Below, in pieces: positions 63,546 to 64,000 of a stretch of DNA of 64,000 nucleotides. The DNA comes from Phoronis australis (Eukaryota > Animalia > Phoronida). Every line of letters starts with the position of its first letter. The first letter of the stretch is position 1. Below the pieces are notes generated by a model, which saw nothing but the letters and a program-made list of their open reading frames with translations, was not told the origin of the DNA and searched no databases. A program made the translations under genes and the position numbers. The stretch is from contig NMRA01000962.1 of NCBI GenBank assembly GCA_002633005.1, positions 11,672-75,671 of the forward strand, in the 5' to 3' direction.

Positions 63546-63938
63546 ATGAACATTCCCACTAAATAAGATTGGTCCTAACCGGTGGGGTATGGAAAATTGA
63601 ACTAGACCGTATTTATCCACCTTGGCTGAGTCGTACTCGGCTCACGATCAAAGGGATGCCGCCAAGCTGCTCTAGTCATCGAGTCACGCGAGCGAGGATA
63701 ATTGGCTTCGCTCACGCGGATATGATCAGCTGATTACAATCTAGCTAGCAGACTGTACTTTTTATGGAGAGTGTTTTACGTAGTTTTTACTGTAATATTT
63801 GAAAGGAGGAGCGAAAACAAATATGAGTACAACTTTGAATTTTTCAAATCGGCCCAGGATAAGAGATTTTGCAACACAGCAACACTCACGATTACTTTCA
63901 TTCGGCGCGCACTAATACAAAAATATAGGACCCAAGTT
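63546..63938 (+). repeat. Interspersed repeat; copy of 59089-59495
   Basis: Colinear blocks shared with 59089-59495. Confidence 0.85.
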
Positions 63939-64000
63939 ATTTAGATTTTGGAACACATGCATTGCAATATTCAAAATACTTTTATTATGAATCTTACAAG

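Overview
Eukaryotic, AT-rich, repeat-dense scaffold, most likely from a heterozygous marine invertebrate (inferred from the spliced gene and the TE families; the species cannot be called). The only intact host coding sequence is a 2.6-kb minus-strand exon (10144-12723) encoding a signal peptide, three CUB or CUB-like domains and the first half of a C-type lectin domain. A ~98% identical partial copy lies across the N-gap (8028-9717). The rest is mostly transposon debris. Retroelements: a Penelope-like element in fold-back arrangement between (TA)n tracts, a CR1/L2-type LINE, a HERO-like non-LTR element, and a Gypsy integrase with PPT and 3' LTR. DNA elements: two THAP-bearing transposons (a TTAA-flanked Kolobok and an ISL2EU-like candidate), several MITEs and a 2.8-kb inverted repeat pair 33 kb apart. 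There are also three unrelated palindrome-core minisatellites. The most unusual structure is at 53601-54210: ~51-bp units alternate a TATATTAATATA palindrome with a GC-rich GAAA-hairpin cassette that flips orientation (FFFRFFRFFR). Each inverted unit shares private variants with its mirror neighbour. No CRISPR, rRNA or convincing tRNA was seen. All identities and counts are by-eye estimates.
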